Positions 46,831-60,278 of a stretch of 64,000 bases of DNA are shown piece by piece. Position 1 is the first letter of the stretch. Every line of letters starts with the position of its first letter. Below the pieces are notes generated by a model. The model made no database searches. It was not told where the DNA came from and worked only from the letters and a program-made list of their open reading frames with translations. The translations under genes and the position numbers were made by a program. The stretch comes from the human T2T-CHM13v2.0 reference genome, Homo sapiens, in NCBI RefSeq assembly GCF_009914755.1, contig NC_060928.1. One strand, given 5' to 3'.

Positions 46831-47720
46831 CTTTGTGGTTTTATCTACTTTTGGTCTTTGATGATGGTGATGTACAGATGGGTTTTTGGTGTGGATGTCC
46901 TTTCTGTTTGTTAGTTTTCCTTCTAACAGACAGGACCCTCAGCTGCAGGTCTGTTGGAGTACCCTGCTGTGTGAGGTGTCAGTGTGCCCCTGCTGGGGGG
47001 TGCCTCCCAGTTACACTGCTCGGGGGTCAGGGGTCAGGGACCCACTTGAGGAGGCAGTCTGCCCATTCTCAGATCTCCAGCTGCCTGCTGGGAGAACCAC
47101 TGCTCTCTTCAAAGCTGTCAGACAGGGACATTTAAGTCTGCAGAGGTTACTGCTGTCTTTTTGTTTGTCTGTGCCCTGCCCCCAGAGGTGGAGCCTACAG
47201 AGGCAGGCAGGCCTCCTTGAGCTGTGGTGGGCTCCACCCAGTTCGAGCTTCCAGGCTGCTTTTTTTACCTAAGCAAGCCTGGGCAATGGCCGGCGCCCCT
47301 CCCCCAGCCTCGCTGCCGCCTTGCAGTTTGATCTCAGACTGCTGTGCTAGGAATCAGCGAGACTCCGTGGGCGTAGAACCCTCCGAGCCAGGTGCGGGAT
47401 ATAATCTCGTGATGCGCCGTTTTTTAAGCCAGTCCGAAAAGCGCAATATTCGGGTGGGAGTGACCTGATTTTCCAGGTGCGTCCGTCACCCCTTTCTTTG
47501 ACTCGGAAAGGGAACTCCCTGACCCTTGCGCTTCCCAAGTGAGGCAGTGCCTCGCCCTGCTTCGGCTCGCGCACGGTGCGTGCACCCACTGACCTGCGCC
47601 CACTCTCTGGCACTCCCTAGTGAGATGAACCCGGTACCTCAGATGGAAATGCAGAAATCACCCGTCTTCTGCGTCACTCACGCTGGGAGCTGTATACCGG
47701 AGCTGTTCCTATTCGGCCAT
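46831..47720 (-). promoter_or_regulatory. L1 5'UTR with sense and antisense promoters, CpG island
   Basis: About 30 CpGs by manual count in 47280-47720, and it matches the young L1 5'UTR. Confidence 0.85.
47286..47468 (+). CDS. ORF0: L1 antisense ORF0, truncated to 60 aa
   Basis: MAGAPPPASLPPCSLISDCC...RVGVT followed by TGA where the canonical 71-aa ORF0 has CGA (Arg). Confidence 0.75.
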   Translation: MAGAPPPASLPPCSLISDCCARNQRDSVGVEPSEPGAGYNLVMRRFLSQSEKRNIRVGVT

Positions 47721-49638
47721 TGTCCAAGTTAGGTCAGCTTTCTTCCTGCTCTAGTCCCAACTCTCCATCATTTATTTCTTACCACAGTATATTTTAACAC
47801 TAAGAAAAAATTGTTAACTTTATTAGGAAAGATGAAAAAATTTAGATTTTATGCACTTGCTTTGGTTTTAACCTTTCATTATACAACATGTCTCCTCTTT
47901 ATCATAGCGCTTTTGCTTTAAGAAAAAGTTTGTGGCATAATTTAATGCTGTCTACTAATTTCTTATGCTCAATTGCTTAATAGGAGTAGCCTTATGGAAC
48001 CCTCTCCACATAAATTCATTGGTTCATTTCTCTTGTACTTGTAACTGAGAATACCTAAGGATCTTCTGTACTTTTGTTAACAACCTCCCATCCTCAAATC
48101 TCTGACCACAACTATGGGCAGTGGCTCTTTACAACAGAAATAAGTTATTATTTTTATTAGGTTAAGCTGGAAGAAGCCTGCGACTTATAGTGGGAAAAAC
48201 TCCTTTACTCGTACTCTAGGAATGAATTTTAATGGAGCCAAGACAAGCATTGTGTTCCTAAAAGAAGATTCATTTAATGGTGAAACCAAGTTAAAGGAAT
48301 ACATATTTATAAAATGTTATGTTTCAGACTTTTGAATGTGTACAAATATATTTTGCCTTTTTTTCCCCTAATTCTACAACATGGCTATTCTTTGGCTTAA
48401 TTAAATATCTTAAACAAATGTGTGCTTGGTTTAAACAATAAGTCACAAAGCTATTTGCCAGCATTATTTTCAAATTGCATGTAGAATCTCTCCATCTTTA
48501 TGTTAAAACTCATTCCAATGCACAGGCAGGACAAGATTGATGTAATTATTTAAACAGAAACAAAGAGGGTTCTGTTCATAGTTGCAAATCATATTGGTGC
48601 AAATCCACTGCCCTGGCACTGAGTGATGAGTGCTGTGGAGATAAGAGGTTGTAAGCACCAGAAAGAGTCATTTATGGAGTAATTCCAGGGAACTATAGCA
48701 GTACTTCAGATGCACAGCATTCCTTAAAGAAAGATCATTGATAGTAAGTCACACACACGAGTAATTTATGACTAAAAGCAAATAAAATAGCTTACAGATT
48801 TTCTCTATTTCCCTTTGAGGAGGAAAATGTTCTTTTCAGTTAACAATCAGAGGAATTAGAGTAAGAACAAAAAAAGTAAGGAGAGGAGAAGAGGTCTTAG
48901 TGACAACACACAGGATAAAATTAACAGTTTAAGAATAATTCGGTAGCTAGCTGAGTGAATATCCTTAATTTGATTGAAATTTACTTAGCTGGTTTTTCCC
49001 ACTAATAATCTTAATGTTCTTAACAAAATGCAGCACAAAAGTTGATAGTGTTTACAGTTAGAAGCCTTACTTAAATAGTTACCCGAATGATTTGACAAGT
49101 TTCCACATATTAATGGAACTTTAACAAATTCATGATCATTTTAGACTATACTTTCCTCAAGAGAGTAGGAAATAATACTTCTACTTGAAATGTTTTATTT
49201 TCAGAGAAATGTTGTGGGATGAAATTAGATAACATATGTGAAATTTCTGTGCTAATAATAAAGAAATTTAAGTTCTGTTAATTTCAAATAAGCCTTCTAT
49301 TCATATCTGTTGATATCTTGAAATTATGACAATCTATGTCTGCCTCCCTACTTCTTATTTGCTACCGGCTTAATTTCAAATGTCTTAATTTAAATATTCT
49401 TAGATTATCCTTACGTATATTTTGAGTGTTCTCTTTCTCCTAAAATGATATAAAAAGCATTGAAAACACTGCTTGATAATGTGGATATATCAAAGCACAT
49501 AAATTTCCTCATATAATTTTTAACATATTGATTTTTAGTTATTTCCTTACATTTTATTTTATTTTTCCAGGAAACAAATTTCTAACATTTTAGAAAAAAG
49601 TCATTTGTTACTGGCACAATGTTTTTCTCTGAGTTTTG

Positions 49639-50333
<695 letters not shown>

Positions 50334-51916
50334 CTGAGATTAAATAATATAAAGGGATGTGAAGATAAAAGCATTTGAAAGACTCAGAAATCAATATTTT
50401 TTCACTTTCTTTACCGCATTGCAATAAATTCTCTCAACTCTTGTTCTCACTGGAAGGATATGAAATATCCTCATAATGTACTTGAATAATTATAAGATAA
50501 TTGTGCAGATATGTTTTGAAAATATCAGATTTCAAGGTGAGCATTAACCTTATCATGAAAAGAATTTTCTTAATTTGCAGCATTTAAACTTTATTCTAGT
50601 TATTTACATTGACAAAAAACAATATCCAAGAAATTCTGAGCCTAAATCATTACAGTTGCCACCTTGCCATTTTTGTTGACCAAGTTTATTAATGCATGGG
50701 GATTGTAAGGGTAAATTAATCTACTCCACATGAAGTGGGTCCTGATTCAAGTTGGCAAATGTTCAACAGGATTTTTCATGGAGGCATAGATAGGATAAGA
50801 GTACCAGTAACCATTCAAATATTCAAGCATTTCTTTTTCAATTAGAGCTGTATTCTATAATTATCATCAAGCACTTTTAGCACTGTGTTTGCCAAAGGAA
50901 TAGAAAGAACAACATTGCTGACAAATGTCACTAGGTTTAGAGTCCATTAATGAGCTTTTCTTAGAAACTGGCTTCTTTCAACTTGATCAGCTATGTCTCT
51001 TCTGATGATTTAAACATGGCTTTTTAAAGCTTAAAATCAAAACCTGGAGGTATAGTATAAATCACTGAAATGCAAGTTCTCGTAAATTGCATATTAATGG
51101 TTTAAAAAAATGACATGATTATTCTGTCTGTACTAAAGAACCTGAGAGCCTTTTCCATTTTACTTGTAGATTCTGTTTTTTCCTTTGGCTTGTGTCCAGT
51201 TAGGCCATGACATACATGAATCATCATTCCCTATAGACAAAGAATTTGCCTAAGCTGGAAAGAGAGATAAATACAGGGATGATGTCATAGACCAGAACTA
51301 TGTCTAGAAAAAGATGAAGGGGATGGTTTCATTTTGCTTTAACATAATTTGACCTAAATATTCTATCACAAATTTTATTAGACAGTAATATAACCACAAC
51401 TTTAAAGATAAGAAACTGAGACTTAGAAATACCTAATTATTCCTCATTAATACTGCTTATTAATGTTGATGTTAGAGTTAAATGTTAAGTCTGTCTATCT
51501 CCAATGCCAATGTTAACTTGCTTCTTTTATATAAACTCTACATGGAAACCGACCTCCTCGCTAATAAGAGCCTAATGTTAGTAAGCATTCTGTAACCAGA
51601 TAGCAGGTCCCTGGGAATGTGGCAAAATGTGTACATTAAAAAAAAAAAAAACATGTTCAGTAAAATTGACAGAAAGAAAAAAACTATTTTACCGTCTCAT
51701 TTTTATGGCCATTTCATTTCAAGCCTTCTAGTATTTTTGTCCCTAGCTACTTGCAGCATCATTAGACAGCTTAGATATGGGAGCAGATCTACCAGCTTGG
51801 GTATGCTGGCTTCCGGGAAAACTAACCCAGCTCTAGCTGACGCAATGCATTAAGTATGGGGAACAAAATAGTTTCAAGCAAGTTGTCAGTGAGGGTCTGA
51901 GATAAAGTAATTGGTT

Positions 51917-51935
51917 TTCCAGTAGATGGCAGCAA
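51917..51935 (+). promoter_or_regulatory. Candidate CTCF-binding motif
   Basis: ttCCAGTAGATGGCAGCaa fits the CTCF core CCASYAGRKGGCRS. This is a motif match only. Confidence 0.55.
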
Positions 51936-53536
51936 AAGGAAAACATGGAAGGCAGTGTGCCTGAATATGAGCAGCTGGGTAGAATCAAAACTAGACAGGT
52001 GGCAGATTCAAGATCAAAAGGACATGAAATTCAGGGCACCAGTTACCAGGTGAGTTGACAATTATGAGTAAAGGAGAAAACAAGACCTAATAGGAAAATG
52101 GAGTAGTAAGTGTTCACCATCATGGAAATTATGTTGACCAAATTTCAACAGCAATTGGAGATCAGATTTGAGGATATCTACAGTTACAAAAGTAATTTCA
52201 ATATTTAGCAGCAGATAAAAAGCATATGTGACTTGAGTCAATACCAAAGCATAAACAGTTATAGCTGATTAAACAACTCTTTGCATAGCAGACGCCAGGT
52301 GGTAATTGAATACCAAAGTGAGGTACCATCATCACACACAAACTGTAATTACTTTCTTTCCTTAATTCTTCTGTTGTTCTAACTCCATGTCCTCCCACCA
52401 ATCTAACCATTCTCCTTCACTTTGAATTCTTCTTTCACCATTCTTCTCTCTTTGCACCAGTTCCTCACCATATTCTTGTGGTCATCTTGTATTGAAATGT
52501 AATTTATCATGGTAACAGGTAATTTGGGCAGTAACTGGATAGCCCAGGAGATTCTGTAATAACTGAACATTGGTAGAAAAAAGATGGATATACTTGCCCT
52601 TCTTCGTGCTTCAAATAATGTTCTCTAATTTCATGTCAATTAAACTGTGTTGTAACTGTTACTCAGTGATGAGCCCTTCTGTTAAATCATAGAAATCTTC
52701 CTACCATATCAGGAGATGAAATATTAACCTAAACTAGATGAACTATTAACCTAAACTATAACTAAGAATACTTAGTAAACATTATCTATCTGTTTAGGAA
52801 GTTTCTAGCAAGATAAAACTCTATCCCTTTATTCTTTGTTATTTAGGGTGGTGGGTGGAAGGCATTCAACTGAGAAGAAACCTCCTAAAAATTAATGTTC
52901 TCTTCTCCATTTATTTAACATGTTTCTGTACTTGCATTTTAAATATTCTGCTTGCCACTTCAGAATGAATAACACATGATTATGCAATCATACAGTGCTG
53001 GTCTAATCCTAGTAAGGTGCATGTAAAGTTCATCACAATGTAAAGTGATCAGCTTTACATGGCTGATGTATTTACAGTCATGATTTACAAACATGACACT
53101 GACTCTTATCAATATCAATGATATGGAGGAAATCCAGGGCCTTGGATTCCACATTTTCCTCAATGTAAGTGTGTTTTATTTGTTTGTTTTTCTGTTTGTT
53201 TTTGGAGAGCCTCCAAATGTTTAGATAACATCCACTGAATAGACGTTAAATTTCAAATAAAGTAACTGTGACATTTCCAAACAGTTTTTGAGTATGTGAC
53301 TATAAATACATGATAAACCCTAAAAATAATAGTTAATTCATTTAAAAAAACTAATGATAAACATATCTTTTTAATCAAATTCCATCCTAATTTTTTTTAA
53401 ATATTTGCTATATTGAAATGATAGTATATCTAGAACATTTAATATATTTTTCTCTTTCATCGATATGCACATACCCTGGCTGAGTTGATTAGTTTCAAGC
53501 CTAAATAAACATAGCAACATTTTTCATACCTTGCAG

Positions 53537-53831
53537 CAGGGATCAACCAACTTTTTTTCTATAAAAGGCCAAATAGTAAGCATTTCATCTTTGTGAGACA
53601 GACAGCCTCTGTTGCAATTACTTAACTCTACAGTTGTAGTATGAATGGCAGCCACAGATAATATTTAAATGATGGACATGTTATATTAGATTGATGCAAA
53701 AGTAATTGCAGTTTTTGCCATTAATAGTAATGACAAAAACCACAATTATTTTGCACCAACCTAACAGTACAATAAATCTATCTTTACGAAATTTAAGCAC
53801 CAGACTGGATTTGGTCCATAGGCTGACCCCT
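53537..53831. mobile_element. MER58A hAT-Charlie MITE split by MADE1
   Basis: cagggatcaaccaactttttttctataaaaggccaaatagtaa ... ggatttggtccataggctgacccct. Confidence 0.75.
53686..53764. mobile_element. MADE1 (Hsmar1 MITE)
   Basis: 79-bp palindrome ttagattgatgcaaaagtaattgc...caattattttgcaccaacctaa with TA at left. Confidence 0.93.
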
Positions 53832-54155
53832 CCACTGGAGTTTCTATCTCTTACTGTTTTTGACCTTAAATCACCTCCCATAACTTTATCAATGTTATAT
53901 GCATCTATATAACTTTTATCATCATATGGAATAGTTGTACATATTTGCATCCCTGATATCTTACTAGGCTTATATAAGTGTTTGTGGTCATCTGGCCTAC
54001 TCTTCTCTTCCAGTTTTACAGATAACAATGTTGGGACTAATGGTATGTTTAAAAGAAGGGAAAAACTCTATCTCCCATAACCATTTTTCTTTCTCCTCAA
54101 TTTTCACATAAAACAGTCTCTTGGAAGACCAAGGCCATTTATAAGGTAATGAAAA

Positions 54156-54741
54156 TGATAAAGAAATAATACCGGGTAGTCACAAGAGAATGGAAAATTC
54201 CAGGCAACAGGTTCACATGACTAGCAAAAGGAAACTGTTGAAATAGCTGCAGAAGTTAAGGGCTGATAAAACCCTGAAAAATAGTGTGGGCCAAGCTGGC
54301 TAAGATGGACTCGACCCAACATGGGCTGGATTTGACATAGGTTTCACATGGGACCTCATTATACGCTCATTAACATACAAATCTCATACCCACCAGTGTC
54401 ATGACAGTTCTCGGAACACCCATATTTTGCGGAAAAATGGGTGACACTACAGTTTCAAGAAATCTGTATCTTTTTCCAGGAATCTTCATAAATTTTCCAC
54501 TTCTTGGATTAAAAAAAAAAACAAACATAAATGTAGCAGCTCCAAACCCCCTTTTGTGTGTCTGTCTCTTGAGTATTCCTGCACTCCCCTTTCTTGAGTG
54601 TCACTTTACAATAAATCTCCATACTTTTACTATTTTCTGACGCATCCTTGAATTTATTCTCATGACATGTCAAGAGCGGGACTCCTCCTGGAGTCCAGGT
54701 CCCACCAATGTCTAGGAACCTCCCCTTGGCCACTGGTATCA
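54156..54741 (+). mobile_element. MER41-family ERV1 solo LTR (C/D/E-like)
   Basis: TG...CA termini, MER41-like 'gacctcattatacgctcatta...cacccaccagtgtcatgacagtt', and an aataaa signal. Confidence 0.65.
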
Positions 54742-54744
54742 GAA

Positions 54745-54915
54745 TGTTAGATGAGAGAAGACCTTAGTGGTCATTTAGTGTAAGTTTCTATTTTGCAGAT
54801 GAAGATATTGGGATACAAAGATTAAGTGATTTCTCAAACCAATTCACATAGGCAAAGCAAAACAAAACTTTGGAGTTGAAGTTATGCCTTTAACTTTCTG
54901 GTATAATGTCCTACT
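54745..54915 (-). mobile_element. MIR fragment
   Basis: 'attttgcagatgaagatattggg...attaagtgattt'. Confidence 0.6.
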
Positions 54916-55497
54916 CACAATTCTCAATAATATCTTAAACAAGAATATAGGATAAGGAAATAAAATAGGTGCAGCCTAACACCCTGGCTATTACCAACGT
55001 TCAAACAATGTTGTTTCATTCCTCTGCCACGTTCTGAAACGGACTCAGAATAAACTTGCATTTCCCACAACTTTGTCAAGTATTGACAAACGTTGACAAC
55101 ATATATAATGCCCATTATAGGGCAGTATATACTTATTAAAGTGTAAGGAGCATATTTTATTGTAATTTTAGCAAGGGAAGCTGCATAGTCATGTCTTGAA
55201 ATAGTAAATCTGTAACAGGAAGCTTTGAGGAGGGGGGAACTAATTCATTTGTGTAAAGCTCCTCGTGATCTCTTCAGGGTTTATAACAACCCACCTCTGA
55301 TCTGCATGTTGGAGAATTGCATAAGTTGTGAACAATAAGGACATATCTTTTAGAAAAAGGGAAAATCAGGCTAGTTTTGATTATAGTATGTGCATGTGTT
55401 TCTGTATGTGTGTGTGTGTTTTCCCCTGTGAGCTTGTGGAGATGAGCAGAGTGTGTGGAATGTGATCTCCAGGAGGGTACCAGAAGCTGGATGTGAG

Positions 55498-55510
55498 GTT
55501 GCTAGGCAAT
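55498..55510. promoter_or_regulatory. Candidate RFX X-box
   Basis: GTTGCTAGGCAAT matches GTTGCTAGGCAAC at 12 of 13 positions, in non-repeat sequence. Confidence 0.45.
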
Positions 55511-56022
55511 TTTCCCTATTGTTTTAAACAAACTGCACAGGCCTGGCAGCAGCTGTCAGAGTTCCTGGCTCTTAAGAATAACAGAGCTGAAAAACACAAA
55601 GAACAAAGTCTTCCACAATAAATGGCAATAAATAACAGGAACTTTCTATGCCAGTAAATGCAGGCACTTGGATGTTAAAGCAATTAATAAGGTTAACAAA
55701 CACAAGAGGCCATTTGAATTCTATTTGTTGTCAAATACTTCTTCCCCCTAGATACTTTAATTTAAATGGTAAGACAATCTGAAAAGAGAATGGTAGGCTG
55801 TGATTTTGATAAATTATTCCTTTAAAGTCACCGTTTTCTTGCTTGTTTATTCTGATTTTATCCATGGAGAATTTCAAATCAGTGACAACAGTATAAACCT
55901 TACTCTAAATAAGTTTTAAAGGCTTTAAATACAAACAAATTCTATGACTTAAATAAAAAAAAAAAACAGTTCAGTCAACTGTATCAGCACCACAAGACCC
56001 CCTCTACTTAACCCTTTATAGC

Positions 56023-56467
56023 TGTCAAAAAAATTGCACCAAATTTAGTACAAAAAATTCAACAAGTGGCTTTTATTTGCAATTTGAGAGTCGAGAAACA
56101 CTCAATAAAATAGAATGAGTATTCTGATGAGCCAAGCAGAAGAGGTTGGCTTTATAGGCAGAAAAAAGGGCTGCAGAAAGCAGAAACAGAGAACACAAAT
56201 CAGACTGGTCATTTCACAGTGAGACTGTTTTTGTAAAGGTGAATGCAGGGGGCACTTCTTTATCATGCCAGGAAAAACTGACCTGTTTGGAGATTTGGCA
56301 ACTCTCCCTCTCTCTCTCCTGATTTCTTGGAAGTTCAGATAAACAACTTCATTTTGTCTTGGTGATGTGGAACTCCAAGATGAGTATCTCCATTTTGGTT
56401 TGGTCTGTTGGGCCTATTGCAGGAGTTCGGTCCAAACAAATGACCTTCCTATAAATGTTATGTAACA
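56023..56467 (-). mobile_element. ERV1-class solo LTR (MER57/LTR54-like, uncertain)
   Basis: TG...CA termini, perfect 4-bp TSD tagc, and motif 'ctccattttggtttggtctgttgggccta'. Confidence 0.75.
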
Positions 56468-57139
56468 TAGCCATAACCATTTTTTCACCCCTCTCCTCTT
56501 TTTCATGGAGATGGTTATACAAAGCTAGATGTGATGAGATTGAATAGAGCGACACGCACACATACACACAAGATCACGTATAACTGTTGAGATCTGAATA
56601 ACCCCTACGGTTGTATCATTGGTTGTGATAGCGTGCTATAGTCATGTAAGAGATTGTCATCGGAAGAGGCTGTAGTGTGTCTCACGTTTCTGCCTATTGC
56701 TTTGCAGTCTTCTGTGAATCTAGAATTATTTCAAAATAAAAATTTTAAACAACCAAACACATCATTAATTTTTAATATTTTGGAATTAGAGCATTTTTTC
56801 CCTTTTAGAATGAATCGTAGTTTTACTGGTTTAGTTTTTACCTATATGTGAACAATTTTCTTTCCTTCGATTGATGTTTGCTTGATCATCCATTACAAAA
56901 CAATTTGGAAGGGTAACTCAGACATCTCCTGGTAACCAATTTTATTGACATATTGCTGGGCTAAAAAGTTATTTGAATGAAGGTTCTTTTTAAAAATTTA
57001 TATTTATGGAGTCTACACCACTGGGAAATTTAAAATTAAGAATTTTTATAAATAGAAACAATGAGAATGTTGTCTTTTCAAAACAAATTCTTTGAGACAG
57101 TGGTTTTCAAAGTGTGTGTAAATATATATGGGTTTTAGC

Positions 57140-57615
57140 CTTTTATTTTGAAATAAATACAGGTTAACCAGAAGTTGCAAAGGTAGTACATAGAGGGTGC
57201 ATACACCACTCACTGAATCCCCCCAGTATTTATATCTTGTATAACTATAGTCAATATAAAAACCAGGAATTTACGTTGGTTCAATGTGTAAGTGTACAGT
57301 TAACCCTCAGTGACATGAGTTTCAACTGCAAGGGTCCACTTACATGTGGATTTTTTTCAACCAAAGGCTGATAGAAAGTACAGTATTCATGGGGTAAGAA
57401 ATCCATGCATAGAGACAGCCGTATTTTCGCAGAGCTGCTTGTGGGACTTGAGTGTGCATGGATTTTAGTATGGGGGCAGCGCAGGCTGGAACTAACCTAA
57501 TCCCCTGTGTATACCAAGGAACAACTGTAGTTCTATGCCACTTTAATACACAAAAAGTTCTTTTAAATCCTACCTGAATCAAGATTCTGAACTATTCCAT
57601 CACCCCAAAGATCTG
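57140..57615 (-). mobile_element. L1MC-type 3' fragment split by MER8
   Basis: 'ttttattttgaaataaatacagg...gaagttgcaaaggtagtacatagaggg'. Confidence 0.6.
57297..57527. mobile_element. MER8 Tigger MITE
   Basis: cagtt...aactg termini flanked by TA; 'gggtccacttacatgtggatttttttcaacc'. Confidence 0.75.
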
Positions 57616-57656
57616 ATGTGAATATTTTACCACTTCAAATGAAGTATAGAAACTTC

Positions 57657-57967
57657 AGCCGGGTGTGGTGGCTCACGCATATAATCCCAGCACTTTGGGA
57701 AGCTGACGGGGGTGGATCGTTTAGTCAGGAGTTCGAGACCAGCCTGGCAAACATGGTGAACCCCGTCTCTTCTGAAAATACAAAAATTAGCCTGGCATGG
57801 TGGTGAGTGCCTGAACTCCCAGCTACTCAGGAGGCCAAGGCAGGAGAATTGCTCGAACCCAGGAGGGAGGCAGAGGTTGCAGTGAGCCGAGATCACTCCA
57901 CTGCACTCCAGTCTGGGTGACAAGAGCGAGACTCCGTCTCGAAAAAAAAAGAGAAAGAAAGAAAAAA
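57657..57967 (+). mobile_element. AluS
   Basis: Forward Alu; TSD agaaacttca. Confidence 0.93.
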
Positions 57968-57979
57968 GAAACTTCACTT

Positions 57980-58520
57980 CCTTTTAAATTCCTTAATCCT
58001 CCACTGTTTATAATTGTCTTAAACATTCCTTGGCATACATTGACCTCCACTTGATACAATGCTATACTTTTTGCTCTTTCAAAAATAGTTGGGAAAACTC
58101 AAGAAGACAAGGAGAATGTATTCACATTTGCTCTGCCCATCATTATTCTTCCTTAATGTTTTAAGGTGCTTTCTTTTATTTCCTTTCTGTCTAGAGAACT
58201 TTATTTTGCCATCCTTAGGTTTACTGGCAATAAACTCTTAGTTTTCCTTCAACTTAGACTGCCTCAATCTCCCTTTCATTCCTAAAGGGTATTTTTGTTG
58301 GATATAAAATTCAGAGTTGATAATTCTTTTCTTTCAGCACTTCAAAAACATTGTGTAACTTTTTTTCTGGCCTCCAGGTTTTCTGATAAAGAACACATTG
58401 TCATTTGAATTGTTTTGTTTTTTCCTTTTAGGTAAGGTATGTTTTTTCTTGCTGCTCAAGATTACTTCTTTCTCTTTACTTTTAAGAAGTTTTATCATGA
58501 AGTGTCTTGGTGTGACTGCC
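57980..58520 (-). mobile_element. Old L1M fragment (ORF1/inter-ORF region)
   Basis: Minus ORF 58334-58576 has the ORF1-like TPRHFMIKLLKSKEKEVIL. Confidence 0.6.
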
Positions 58521-59289
58521 CTCTTACTTAGAATAACGTCTATATTTACTTTTGAAATGCTATCCATGAAATCCAAACATATAACAAGAAAAAGTCATTA
58601 AAACTTCTAAATTCAAAAAGCATGCTGTATGTTACAAAACTCTAATTTTATCCGTTTATTGTATTTCTTATATTTCTAACTTCACACAGATTTACACGTA
58701 GCTTTTTAGCCTTTCGTTCCAGTTGGTGGTTAGAAAGTTAAAATGAAAGATTAAATACTGAAGTATAACTTATTTGGTACGAACAAAACCATTCCATCAT
58801 AGGTTTCCTTATATTTCTATTGAATGGGGATTTTCTTTTCTTCAAAGCAATCAGCCTGTCAGATCAGACCTTTTTTTTTTTTTGTATTTTTTTTTTGTTG
58901 TTGTTCTTAGTTTCTTCCCTCCACTACAGACGAGCAGATAATTCAACCTGAAATATAATATGTATAAGAAAGTGTGGAATTATTTTAAGCTTTCCCTACC
59001 CTGCCACCACCACTCTTAGAAATTAAATAGAACATGTAGAGTCCCGAAACAGAGTAGTTTGTTTTTGTTTTTGTTTTCTGCAATACAGAGATTTTTCAAG
59101 TAAATTATAAAAGGAAAACTTGATTTTTAAAGTCTCATTGAATGACTCATGCTTGAGTAGTTGAATGATAATTTGAAAAAGGCTCAATGCACTGCAGTAT
59201 ATTGCTTGGATAGAGAGTGAAAACTATATGAAGAAAAAAAAATATATATATATATATATCCTTTCAGAAAAGTCTTACTATAAACTTAG

Positions 59290-59606
<317 letters not shown>

Positions 59607-60064
59607 GGCAGAAAATGGCCAATCCACACTGAATTAGTATGTAAGCAATATCATAATTGCAGCAGAATGATGAATAAATACTTCCATTGAGGATAAAGAT
59701 GGAGCACCTTCTGAAGTTTGTCAATAAGAAAATTTCAATACAGGTAAATGTAATTTCCAAATATGTTATTAGGATCTTACATAATGTTTGAGAATACCGC
59801 ATGCTCTTCTATGAATAATAGAGTGTCTCTGATCCAGTTATCTGAATGTTAAGATAAAACTTTGAGGAGATTTCCAAAAATTTTATTATCTACGCAATTT
59901 AATTTTGGAGAAGCACTAGGTACTAGGTTTGAATAACTCATTTTTCCCCTTAAGATTTATAAGGTTTAAAATATTATTAGATTTTTTTCTCATGAATGAA
60001 TTACAATTTTTTTTTATATTTTCCATTACATTTGACTCAAGGTGAGAAGAGACAGAAAAGCATA

Positions 60065-60278
60065 ATGTGAGCTAAGTGCTAGGTGCCAGGCACCGTTTCA
60101 AATATGTTATGAGCAATGAATCATTTAATCTTCAAAATTGACTTGTGGGATATATTATCATACTCTTTTACAAGACGAGAAAATGGAGATACCAAGAAGT
60201 ACTAATAGCTAATGAGCCAATTTTTAAACCCAGGTATCTGAATCCAGAGCCTGCACTTTTAGCTATAATACTGTGCAG
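60065..60278 (-). mobile_element. MIR
   Basis: 'tgccaggcaccgtt...tcatttaatcttca...ttttacaagacgagaaaatggag'. Confidence 0.65.
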
